DNA of 64,000 bases from assembly GCA_964016885.1 (NCBI GenBank), contig OZ024741.1:168330001-168394000 (forward strand), read 5' to 3'. Made by a program: the position numbers and the translations under genes. This document shows, piece after piece, positions 40,200 through 51,185 of the stretch (position 1 is its first letter; the number at the start of each line of letters is the position of its first letter). The notes under the pieces are model-generated. The model saw only the letters and a list, made by a program, of their open reading frames with translations. It was not told the origin of the DNA and made no database searches. The DNA comes from Eledone cirrhosa (lineage: Eukaryota).

Positions 40200-40622
40200 A
40201 CGATATTAAACAAATGGAAACTATATTTATAAAACCATATTTATTTCATTATACATATTTCGGGGATACCATATTAAAAATATGGCATGCCTTCTTCAGA
40301 TAAAATACAATATATAAACAGTTTTATAAATAATTTTGACGTACCATAAATATTGATCAACTTACATAAAAGTTGATCAATATTTATGGTACGTCAAAAT
40401 TATTTATAAAACTGTTTATATATTGTATTTTATCTGAAGAAGGCATGCCATATTTTTAATATGGTATCCCCGAAATATGTATAATGAAATAAATATGGTT
40501 TTATAAATATAGTTTCCATTTGTTTAATATCGTATATCTACTCCAAAACTTGTTGAGTGCTTTATATCAGTTATAAAATATTTACTTGTTGTAACCCAAC
40601 AATTTTAAATAAAACTTTTGCA
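40200..40622 (+). mobile_element. Perfect palindrome (~163-bp arms, ~8-nt loop) plus ~90-bp tail, containing an HHR-like motif
   Basis: 40200-40362 is the reverse complement of 40371-40533; TTAT-CTGAAGA-(hairpin)-CGAAA-TATGT-ATAA at 40430-40484. Confidence 0.85.
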
Positions 40623-40899
40623 TATATACATACATATATATATATAAATAAAAAGGAAAAGAAAATGCTGATAAATTTTTCCCAGTGAAAAATAGTTTAA
40701 TTAGGAATAAGTATAAATTAGTAATAAGTATTAATTAGTATTCAGTTTTAACTTTTAACTGGTTGCGCATTTCTTATGCTTTTCAAAAATAATTTTGAGA
40801 TAGAGTGCCCGTAATTTTTGCTCTAATCTGATCAGTTTTGTAAATTTTTCCTGTTTTATGTGAAAAAAGTGGCTTGGGAGGTATTAAAATTTGGTTGGT

Positions 40900-41050
40900 T
40901 GTTGAATGTCACGTGAATAAGCACTATAAAATTCGCGCCAATTCGTGTTGCAAAAATTCTTGTAGTCAAAACAATTTTGATTGGTCGGTAGAAGTCACGT
41001 GAATGTCTAAATTGATTTTAGCACGAACTGGTTTCGCGCCAAATGTAGGT
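40900..41050. promoter_or_regulatory. Candidate promoter: two E2F sites, two GTCACGTGA E-boxes, CCAAT boxes, TATAAA
   Basis: GTCACGTGA at 40908 and 40994; TTCGCGCCAA at 40932; TTTCGCGCCAAA at 41032; ATTGG at 40980; locally CpG-rich. Confidence 0.55.
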
Positions 41051-42652
41051 TTGTCGAAGAGTGTCCTTTTCCGCTTGATTGAGTTGCAGTCATGTTGAGA
41101 GGTCAACAATTCAGGTGTCTATTAAGACAAATATGTGTGTGTGTGTGTAGCAAAGTGGTTCATTGTTGTGATAATGGAAATGAATCGGTCAGTAGGAATG
41201 TGTGTGTGTGTGTGTGGGGGGGGGGGTATTTTAACATGTTGAAACATATTTTTCAGCTCTTGTTTTATACGGAGAAGTGTGTGTGTGTGTGTGTATATGT
41301 CTGTCTGTATGTTAATGTACGCGTGTGCATGCGTGTGTGTGTGTGTGTGTGGATGGACCAGTATTTTTGTGGTACTGGTAAAAATGGTGTACATTATTCG
41401 ATATTTTCAGTCATTTGCAAAAACGATTCTCTCAAAAGAACATCAAAAACATCAATAATAAAAGAGGTGAAATGATGTATAGTATTGTCATAACAGCAAG
41501 GAATGTGTGAGTCCAGGCCCTACCGTATTGGAATACTTGTGTACAAATATGTATGTGCCTATCAATGTGCAATACATGTGTGCGTATATGTATATGTGCG
41601 TGTCGGCACGTGTATATCTATAAACATCAAAAGGTATGCAAATTTGTGTATATTTGTGTTGCACCATAGAACATGTGTGTTTACATATGTCATTGTGTTT
41701 ATATGTGGATAGAAATGTATGTAGGATGTATGCTGATGTAGGTATGTATGTTGACGTGTGTATGTTGTGGGTTCGTCTTAGGGAGAAGTGTTTAAATGGG
41801 GTCCGTATTTGTTAATAAAGTGAGATTCCTTGCTGATGTGCTGGGAGTGGGTGGCATTATCTATGCATACACATATATATATATATGTATATATACATAC
41901 ACAAATACTCCTATATCTATTTACATATAAACTTACATATATATATAAGAAATGTCCAGAAGAGAAAAACAATACAATAATAGTATATTCAATTTAATAA
42001 TTTACACATATTTAAATATATGTATGGATATATATATATGTATGTATGTATGTTTGTATGTATATATGTATGTGAATGATGTTGTACATATCCATACGTA
42101 ATACACTTAAAAAATGTATAGGCATTATATAACAATAGATGCAAATACATAAATAATTTATATTGATATATAATACATATTACTATAAATATGTGTATAT
42201 AATTTACATATGTGTATGTGTGTGGAGAGAGAGAGAGAGAGCTAGGGAGAGAGAGGGAGAGAGAGAACGAGGGAGAGAGAGAGTGAGTGGGCAGTGTTAG
42301 ATATGTAGATAAGTATAAATTCATAAGATATAACATTCATGTATTTAATATTGAAACATTTTCGTTACAATGCAAAGTAAGCCAGAACAAAGGGTTTTTA
42401 TAAATCCTTTTAGGAATGAAATATTATTTACACACCATTTATTTGCTTATATCAGTGACTTTTAGAAATTTCCTGTCAAAACAAACACCATTTCTTTTGG
42501 TTTTTGTGTTTTTTTATTAAATATTTCAGAAATGTTGTTTGTAACATTGAATAGATTGGAACACTGCTTCAATATTTTGTATGTGTGTTGATATTATTGA
42601 ATTCATGTGTATTATATTTAATGCAGTAAAAAGAAAAGCATTATTATTCCTT

Positions 42653-42845
42653 TGGGTGGTGGATTGGAATAATCGGTAGAGCGTTGGACACCTTGCTTTG
42701 CAGCATAGAGTTATAGCCCTTTATGTTCTGAGTTCAAATCCTGCCAAGGTTAGCTTTGCCTTTCATCCTTACGGGGTCGATAAAATAAAGTACCAGTAAT
42801 GCACTAGGTAATTGCTGGCCTTGTGCCAAAAGTAGAAACAATTAT
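42653..42845 (+). mobile_element. Second SINE family, full-length copy
   Basis: tRNA-like head, GAGTTCAAATCC, CCTTTCATCCTTACGGGGTCGATAAAATAAAGTACCAG. Confidence 0.8.
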
Positions 42846-43467
42846 TATTCATTTGAAATTTCATATTCTGTTGTATAGGACGTCGGTCAGTTCCGAAGAC
42901 GAGCCTTCCAGTAGTTCGAACAATGGAACAACCGACACAAAATTAACATAGAAGTGGATCAGAAATCTACAGACACATGTACTCTTAATTCAATTCTCAG
43001 AGAGATTCAGCTTGACACAATATGTGACAAGGCTGGCTCTTTAAGTTACAAGTACTACTTAATTTCTTCAGCTAGTGGACTGAAGGAATGTGAAATAAAG
43101 TAACTTACCGAAAGATACAATACTCTGCTGGAAATCTTTAATCGATATATTGAGTTCCTTACTTTAAATATAGTCCTCATCAGTTCATTATCAGTACAAC
43201 ATTCTATTAATTACTTACATATATATATGCGTGTGTATATATATATGAGAGAGGAACGATCGACTTTCATCAAACAATGTTTCCATTAGTCTTTCCAATC
43301 GCTAATACTATCTATCGGTCGCAACTCCAGGTTAGAGAATTGGTTTCACAATCGTCAGGTTGTGAGTTCGATTCCTAGACTGGGCGATGCATTATATCCT
43401 TGAGCAAGACACTTTATTTCACGTTGCTCCTTCTACCTGGTGATGTCCAGCAGAAGCAAGGGGTCAA

Positions 43468-43509
43468 CCGTCTATGCATTTCAGGCTTAACTGGCCTTCG
43501 TCAGGACAG
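43468..43509 (-). ncRNA. Minimal hammerhead ribozyme, family E
   Basis: Reverse complement reads CTGTC-CTGACGA-AGGC cagttaa GCCT-GAAA-TGCAT-A-GACGG; palindromic stem III ATGCAT; stem I is extended by GTCCAGCAG/CTGCTGGAC (43445-43538). Confidence 0.9.
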
Positions 43510-43574
43510 TCCCTCCCACCGCTTGCGACTGCTGGACTAGAAGACAGCCGAGAATATATAGTTTTCTCGGCTGT

Positions 43575-44128
43575 GTAAATGAGGTGATTAATCTCATTTG
43601 CATATGAAAACTACCAAAGCGATCTTGATGGAACTTGACACGTGTGTGGGGCTCATGCCCATTCGATTTTTCACGTATATTTCATTTTAATCAAAGGGTT
43701 CCCCGGGGGCTCAAACCCCCGCTGAAAATGTTTTCCCTTCGATTTATATAAAATTTAAACCATAAGAAAATGACAAGATATGATGAAATAATCGGTAGTT
43801 CATTCTCACGCTAAGCGTTGACCAACAGTTTGTCGCCTCCTTACTAATCCAGCAGTTATTGTAAGTCTTTAGTTTCTCTTGAAAAAAAATCTATTTCACG
43901 GTTCTATTTTCCTTATAGCAACACTCAACATCTCTGACAAACATTTTTTTGCCTGACCAATGCAATCAACAATATTTGTTTGTATTATTGTTTCGTAAAT
44001 GAATTTGTCTTCGGTTTTGATTATCTGTCCTATATTTAGATTTCATTTTTGGTCTGAGAGGCAGTGGGCATTTTAATGGGAACTGGGAATACCCCCACTC
44101 CCAGGTATTACCAGGTACCTCAGCTAGT
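43575..44128 (+). mobile_element. Possible non-autonomous Helitron/Helentron-type repeat
   Basis: CGATCTTGATGGAACTTG core-like motif; ends in a hairpin followed by CAGCTAGT and (AT)n. Confidence 0.4.
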
Positions 44129-44361
44129 ATATATATATATATATATATATATTGTATTAGGTATGAATCGAAGTTGTAGCTGCCATTTAGCAGAGGTATT
44201 ATTTGAGTTATTTGAGGCAATCACAAAGCACTCAATGGACCGAGAAGCTAAAGATTATTGTCCAGAGTAAAACACAACAGTTAAAAAGTGTGGTACCAAA
44301 AAAAAATGCAGTGGCCATACTTATACCACAACAACGATAAATACAAAAGGTTGAAGATTAT

Positions 44362-44634
44362 ATCATCATCATTTTTCATTTCATTTTACGTCCGCTTTTT
44401 CCCTGCTTGCAAGGGTGGGACGGGAACTGATTCTGGCTTGATTTCTACAGCTGGATGCCCTTCCTAACACCAACCTCATTTACAGTGAGTGCTGGGTGCT
44501 TTTTTGCCGTGGCACGTCCACGACCACTTTGCAGTGGAATGATATGGACCCCAGTCCCTATCACCTCATTTCTACAGCTGAGTAAACTGGAGCAATGTGA
44601 AATAAAGTGTCTTGCTCAAGGAAACAACACATCA
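44362..44634 (-). mobile_element. tRNA-CORE SINE, 5'-truncated
   Basis: Matches 58325-58600. Confidence 0.85.
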
Positions 44635-44648
44635 CATCTGTGTGTGTG

Positions 44649-44680
<32 letters not shown>

Positions 44681-45217
44681 TATATATGTGTGTGTGTACT
44701 GTGATAGCTGTGACATATCACAGCTTAAAATATTTATAGCAAGACCCTTGTATGACTATTACACATAAACATATGTATGCTTTTAAATACACCCCTATTA
44801 TGAACCACACTATGTTGATGCTACTGCTACATATCTATACACACACACATACTCATGTCATCATCATCTCCGTTTAACACCCATTTTCCACATTAGCATG
44901 CTTTAGATGCCATACTGCAGAAAACATGCCTTCCCACACATACAGGATGAAACAAACATAGAGAGGACAGTTTGCACCAATGTCACTCATACATCTCCCC
45001 CAACTTAATACTCACCCATACCTCCTCATTATCTCATTACTGCACTTTAGACCTCCTCCACTCACTTCCTCCATCCCCACCTTGTACATCTAACAACAAC
45101 TCTCATCATCAATTGTTTCTACGTTAGGCACAAGGCCAGCAATTACCCAGTGCATTACTGATACTTTATTTTATCGACCCCGTAAGGATGAAAGGCAAAG
45201 TTAACCTTATATATATA

Positions 45218-48200
45218 TAATAATAATGATTATAATGAAATTATTGTGTACAGTGCTCAGGTGCACTACAACTCATCAAAAGTGCATGTATAGCACATAG
45301 AATAATGTACAAATGTCAGAAGAGTGAACAGTGTATGAATCATGATATACACACACAGATACATATGTGCGTGTGTATGGAGGAGGGATACCAGGTGTAG
45401 TATTGGAGAATTTCAGGAAGCATGGAGGTTTTAAAGGATGCAGTGTCTCAGCAGCTAACAACCGATGCAGGTAGTTTGTTCCATGCTTCAGCAACTCTGA
45501 GCGTGAAAAAATGTTTCCGAAAGTCATGGGAACTGTGCTGTTTTCTGACTTTGTAGGTATGCCCACGTGTGTTTGACACGTAATTCAAAAAGATGCTCAG
45601 GATTGTTGTTGGCAAGATGGTAAATAATTTTGCGGGTGTTTATCAAGTCAGTTGCCAAACATCAGAGCTTCAATGTATCCATGACCAGGGAAGCAAGACG
45701 TTCTGAGTATGGTAGATGCCTGATGGAGAGTATTCGCTTGTTTGCACGTCTCTCAACAGTTTCCAGGCACTCAATGTTCTGAGCAAGATAGGGGTTCCAG
45801 ACTGGTGATGCAAATTCTAAGTGTGGCTGCACCATAGCTATATACAGCTTTAAATAGATAGCTGGAGAGCGGCAGACAAAGGTCTGGCTGAGTGATGCTA
45901 AGACACCCACAGCCTTCTTGACAACTTTAGAGATGTGCTTTGTTCAACACAAATTACTGCTGACTGTAATACCCAGGTCACATTCACAAGACTTCTTGAT
46001 ATTAGTGTTGTGGAGGGAGTATGTGGATGCTGGGTATTTCAGCCAGCTTTAGTTGCCAGTCCATGATCCATTGCTGCATTGTGTCTGATAGCTTAATTAA
46101 GAATGTAGGATTCACATGCAGCAGCTGTGCGGAAACAGCAAGCAAACAGCCACAGGAAACAAGTACCACCAATCTCTGGGAGGGCCCTGTAGAAACAGTA
46201 GACAGCTTCTGCTACCTAGGTGACCGAATTAGCAACGGAGGTGGGTGCTCAGAAAGTACAATAACTAGGGTAAGAACGGGATGGAAGAAGTTTAGGGAAC
46301 TACTACCACTGCTAGCTGCAAAAGGCTTCTCCCTCAGAATGAAAGGCAGACTGTATGATGCGTGTATCCGAACAGCGATGTTGCATGGTAGTGAGACCTG
46401 GGCGCTGAAGGTGGAAGACTTACGTAGATTAGAGAGAAACGAAGCCTGCATGCTCCGATGGATGTGTAACAGTAATATACGTGAACGACAAAGCATAAAT
46501 GAATTGAGAGAGAGACTGAGCATAAGAGGAATCAAATGCTGCGTGCAGGAGAGGCGGTTACGCTGGTATGGACATGTGATGCGTATGAAGGATGACAGCT
46601 GCATAAAAAGGTGCAGAGCACTAGAAGTTGATGGAAACCGCGGAGTGGGGAGACCCAAGATGACTTGGGATGAGGTGATAAAAGCCGACCTTACCCAACT
46701 ACACCTCTCAAAGTCAATGACACACGACCGTGACTTCTGGCGTCACGCAGTAATACAGGGTACCCGACCTCCCATGGGTACATGCTGAAGCATATAAACA
46801 ATATGCCCCCCCCCCCCCCCACCGCAAGGTGGTCGTGGAGGTGCCACGGCAAAAAAGCACCCAGCCCACACTGTAAAGTGGACGTGTAGGCGCCACGAAA
46901 AAGCACCCAGCACTCACTGTAAATGAGGTTGGTGTTAGGAAGGGCATCCAGCTGTAGAAATCAAGCCAGATCAGTTCCTGTATGAGCAAGGCATGGTCAG
47001 CCGACCAGACACTGCCCACAACAGGACAACCCGTCTAACCCATGCTAGCGTGGAAGAACGGACGTAAAACGGTGATGATGATGATGATGATGATCTATAG
47101 TGTTCAGGATCTGTCCTTTTTATCTCAAGGTACAGCTTGATGTCATCTACATATTTCAGTACTGTGGTATTCTTTAAGTTGGCATCTAGGTCATTAATAT
47201 ATGCAACAAACAAAAGGGGACCAAGAACAGATCCCTGTGGTACACCAGATAACATCTCATATGGTGAGGAATGCTGTCCTAGAACCGAGAATGAAGGACT
47301 TCAACCAGTTAAAAAGATCATCCTTCACACCCATTGCAGAGAGTTTTGCCATAAGTGTGGCATAGAATTAAAAGCTTTAGCAAAGTTAAGGTAAACAACA
47401 TCAACCCATGAGCCGCCATCAGTGATCCGGGTAAAGTCTTCAAGAAACCTGATAAGTTGATCACAGCAGCTGGAGATAGGGATAAATATAAATTGTGAGG
47501 GGCGGATAAGACTGAGAATTCCAGAAGTTCCAAAGTGTTTCTCTGACACAGGATTCCATCAGTCTGGCAATACAGCTAGTAAGACTGACTTGATGATAGT
47601 TGACAAGCGACATGCGGTCACCGTTATTGAACAGAGGAATGACACTGGGAGTTTTCCACTGCTCCGGAGTAGCACCATTGTTCAGACAGAATTGAAAGAA
47701 GAGTGATAGCTGCTGCAGAAGGAAGTACCCACCACGTTTGAGAAGCAGGTACATAACACCATTAAGACCAGGAGAGGCATGGTTGCGTTTATTCTTAAAG
47801 TGACATTGCAGCATTGCAGGTGTAAATTCCATAGTTGTTATAGAATCTGATGTCAGAGGTGGTGGAGATGGTACACTTTGGTCTTCAACAGCGAAAATGC
47901 CTGCATAGCATTCAGCAATGAGTTCTGCACATTCTTTGGGGTCATCAGTAATCTGGCTTGTGTGGGTATTGCAAAGAGGACCAACTGGAGAGTAAGATCT
48001 CTGCTTTGAATGTACATATCTCCAGAGCACCTTACTGTCAGGGTTGGTCGCTATGCGCTGTTCAAATTCAAGTACTGCTTTTTTTGTCACCTGTTTGAGA
48101 TGGTTGGATGATTTATTTCACTATTTTCTATTGATATCTGATTGATGCAGTTTGTATCCACATTCAGCATTAAGACGTTCTTTCCTGGCAAGTCAGACCG

Positions 48201-48720
48201 CTGCAGTCTCCCAAATTGCACTTTTGGGGTGATTTTTGGCTTACATGGCACTGATGCTGCACATGTTGTCCATATTGAGTTCAGGATGTTCTGAAGTATA
48301 GTGTTCACATCTCCAGAGTCGTAAAATTCAGGCCAGTTTGGGCGTTGCAGCTCGGTGCAGTAATAGTTCCAGTCTGTTTTATGCAGTTTGGAGATGGTTG
48401 TGGTTTTTGTTATAAAAGACAGATTGGCAATGATCATAGCATGATCAGAGTCACCTAGAGATTCCTCAGTAGTAACACTTATAACCATTTCAGGAGTAGT
48501 GGTGAAGAGTAGATCTAAAGTGTTGTCACCACTTGTTAGGGAGGTGACTACTTGGGACCAGTTTGAGTCCAGCACTTCAAGGAAATCATTTGCACTTTGT
48601 GGCCAACGAAAGGTTTCCCAATTAATCTCACAGTGATTGAAGTCCCCAACAATAAAAACATAAGTGGTTGTTTTCCTGACAGCAGCTCTGAGGATATCAC
48701 AAAGCTGTGTGTCCTGATGG
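45218..48720 (-). mobile_element. CR1-group LINE ORF2 remnant (APE + RT), split by an RTE insertion
   Basis: FIVGDFNHCEINW, DNTLDLLFT, GDSDHAMI, VDVVYLNFAKAFNSMPH, SGVPQGSVLGPLLFVAYINDL, YVDDIKLY, VQPHLEFASPVWNP; (ATT)n tail near 45218. Confidence 0.9.
46086..47095 (+). mobile_element. 5'-truncated RTE LINE nested in the CR1 element, opposite orientation
   Basis: Open frame VDSFCYLGD...MLHGSETW...RRLRWYGHVMRM...GRPKMTW, 3'-UTR and (GAT)n tail. Confidence 0.92.
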
Positions 48721-49119
48721 TAATGGGGGGGGGGGGAAATAAACAACTCCAAGTATATATGCCCACACACATACATACCTATATGCATACATGCATACCC
48801 ACATACAATCATACATACACAATTATATATATGTGGGGGTGTTTTTGTGTGCATAATATAAAGAAATCAAATATCATGTGAACACTAAAACTCATTCCTT
48901 ACAGTGTGTTACTGATCTGTCATTTCATGACCTCATATTAATACATGTTTAATTGAAACTCTCGTTAATTCCACCAACATTCTACATTGTTCTTTAGAAA
49001 TTGTGCAACACATTTATTATATATTGATATAGCTCTGATGTTTGTTGTGTTGAGTTTGTGGTTCTTTTAGATAGTGAAGTCCCAAATCAATATTTTTATT
49101 ATTATTATTTCGATATTAA

Positions 49120-49500
49120 CTGGATATCAGCTCGATGCAGTGAGCAGGAGAGGATACTGCAGTGGTATGCACATGTGATGTACATAGAGGATGATAGCTG
49201 CATAAAAAGGTCCAGAGCACTCAAAGTTGTTGGAAAATATGTAAGAGAATGACCTAGGAAATCTTGAAATGATGTAGTAAAAGCTGACCTCATGCAATGA
49301 AACCTCTCAAGAGAGATGACACAGGATTAAGTTCTCTGGCCATACTGCAGAAGACATGCCTTCCCACACATGAAAGATGAAACAAACATGGAGACGACAG
49401 TCTGCACCAATGCCACTCACACACCTCCTTCAACTTAATACTCACCTATCCCCACCTTGCACATCCAATAACAACTCCAATCATCATAGAAAGAATGCCC
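49120..49500 (+). mobile_element. Degenerate RTE C-terminal fragment
   Basis: QERILQWYAHVMYIEDDSCIKRSRAL; 49337-49470 is also similar to 44906-45110. Confidence 0.7.
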
Positions 49501-49651
49501 ACCCTTTCCTTATCCAACTTCTACCTTCACCCCCCCCCCCCCCCCACTTAGCCCAGCACAATCAGAGTCCTTGCCTTTCCCTTCCTTTTCCATTTTTAAA
49601 GATTTGTAGTGTTTTTCTAATTATTTTATAGTCATTCATTCATGTAGTTAC

Positions 49652-49937
49652 TGTTGTGTGAGAGCATGAGGCCCGCTGGCGAGAATGGGCTAGACCACTA
49701 CATATAAATAGTAGTGGCCTGAGTAAGTGGGCAAGTTGGTACTAGTTCTAGAGTTCATGTCTTGATAGTCGAAGTTGGTAGTCAAAGCTGGAGTTCAAGT
49801 TCACAGTTCGAGTTAGCATGTTAGATTGTTGGTTCTTAAAAGATTGTTGTTCCGTTACGTGAGGTTATTGCCGTTTGTTTCGATTATATTGTTATTACAC
49901 TGTGGCAGTGTATTCGTTTATCCATAAGGACATAACA
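49652..49937 (+). mobile_element. Solo LTR, 286 bp
   Basis: TGTTGTGT...ACATAACA termini, perfect 5-bp TSD GTTAC on both sides, internal TATAAATA. Confidence 0.85.
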
Positions 49938-50319
49938 GTTACTCATTTATCATTTCATCTATCTATACCAATATACAAAGATGAATGCCCCACCATCCTT
50001 CCTATGTCAACATGGAAGGCTTGACACATTCCATCTTGTACCATGAAAATATGCCTCATTAGGATTAGGAAGGGTATCCACTCTCGAGAAATCAGTACAA
50101 AAGAATCAGTACAATGTATGAACTAGATGTAATCTCTTGTTTGTCTTAGTCTCAAAATGTGCAGTCCATCTGGCCCAGGTGGGCAGAGGGTAAGTAAATG
50201 TCTAATAACTATGTCAATGTACTTCCCTCCCCATTTCACACCACTAATACATCTTTCATGTCCAACCTCTGCATGCATGAAAAGCCAGACATGCTCCACA
50301 CCTGCTCTCCCTCAATGCT

Positions 50320-50750
50320 GTCATCAGAACAAAAAAACACCCAGTCCACCCTGTACAGTGGGAGTGCCGGTGCCACTTCAACAAAAAGCATCCAATCCAC
50401 CCTGTAAGGTGGTCATGCTGGTATCATGACATAAAAGTACCCAGTCAACCCTGTAAGGTGGTTGTGCTGGTACCACAACAAAAAAGCATCCAGTCCACCC
50501 TGTAAGGTAGTTGTTCTCATGCTCCCATGTATAGCACCCAGTCCAACCTGTAACATGGTTGTGGTTTTACCACAAGAATAATTCCCAGTACATGCTATAA
50601 TGTGGTTGGCATCCAGCTGTAGAAAACCAAGCCCAAAACTTGTATGAGCAAGATGTAGTTTCCTGACCTGGATTATCTCATAACATAACAACATGTTTAA
50701 CTCATGCAAGCACAGAAAATTAGATGTTAAATGGTGATAATGATGATGAT
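50320..50750 (+). mobile_element. RTE 3'-UTR with about 6 tandem ~43-bp units
   Basis: Repeated AAAAGCACCCAGTCCACCCTGTAAGGTGGT units, then the RTE terminus. Confidence 0.8.
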
Positions 50751-50771
50751 TATATATATTTATATATATAT

Positions 50772-50970
50772 GGACAAGAGCCAGGACCCCGACGGCTGAG
50801 CTCTGGCTGTTTCGACAGCTAGATCTGAACAGTTCGGATCTAGCTGTCGAAATGGCCGGAGCTTAGCTGTCGGGTTCCTGACTCTTTTCTTATTACCCAC
50901 TCTACTACCCTAAGTATTGAGTACTCTGGTGCATTATGATCCACCTGGTTTTTACCACACTTTCTTTGTT
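50772..50970 (+). mobile_element. Foldback (~52-bp arms) plus ~85-bp tail between (TA)n tracts
   Basis: AAGAGCCAGGACCCCGAC...GATCTGAAC a GTTCGGATC...GTCGGGTTCCTGACTCTT. Confidence 0.8.
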
Positions 50971-51185
50971 ATATATATATATATATACACATACACACTG
51001 AGTGAGTCATAAGTAAGCGGCTAGTCAATGTATTTTTATTGTATAGGTCAGATAACTTTTCGAACACTTACTTTAATTATATTTTTAAACTACTTTTGTT
51101 TGATGTATTTATGATTTTGTACTGTATAACCAGAATTTTAGGAAATATTATCATTTGGAATGTAAATGTTGGACTGCCTGGTTAC

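Noticed and set aside
42895-42930. CCGAAGA-hairpin resembling a hammerhead core
   Set aside because: No GAAA, stem III or NUH; it is part of a SINE 3' region.
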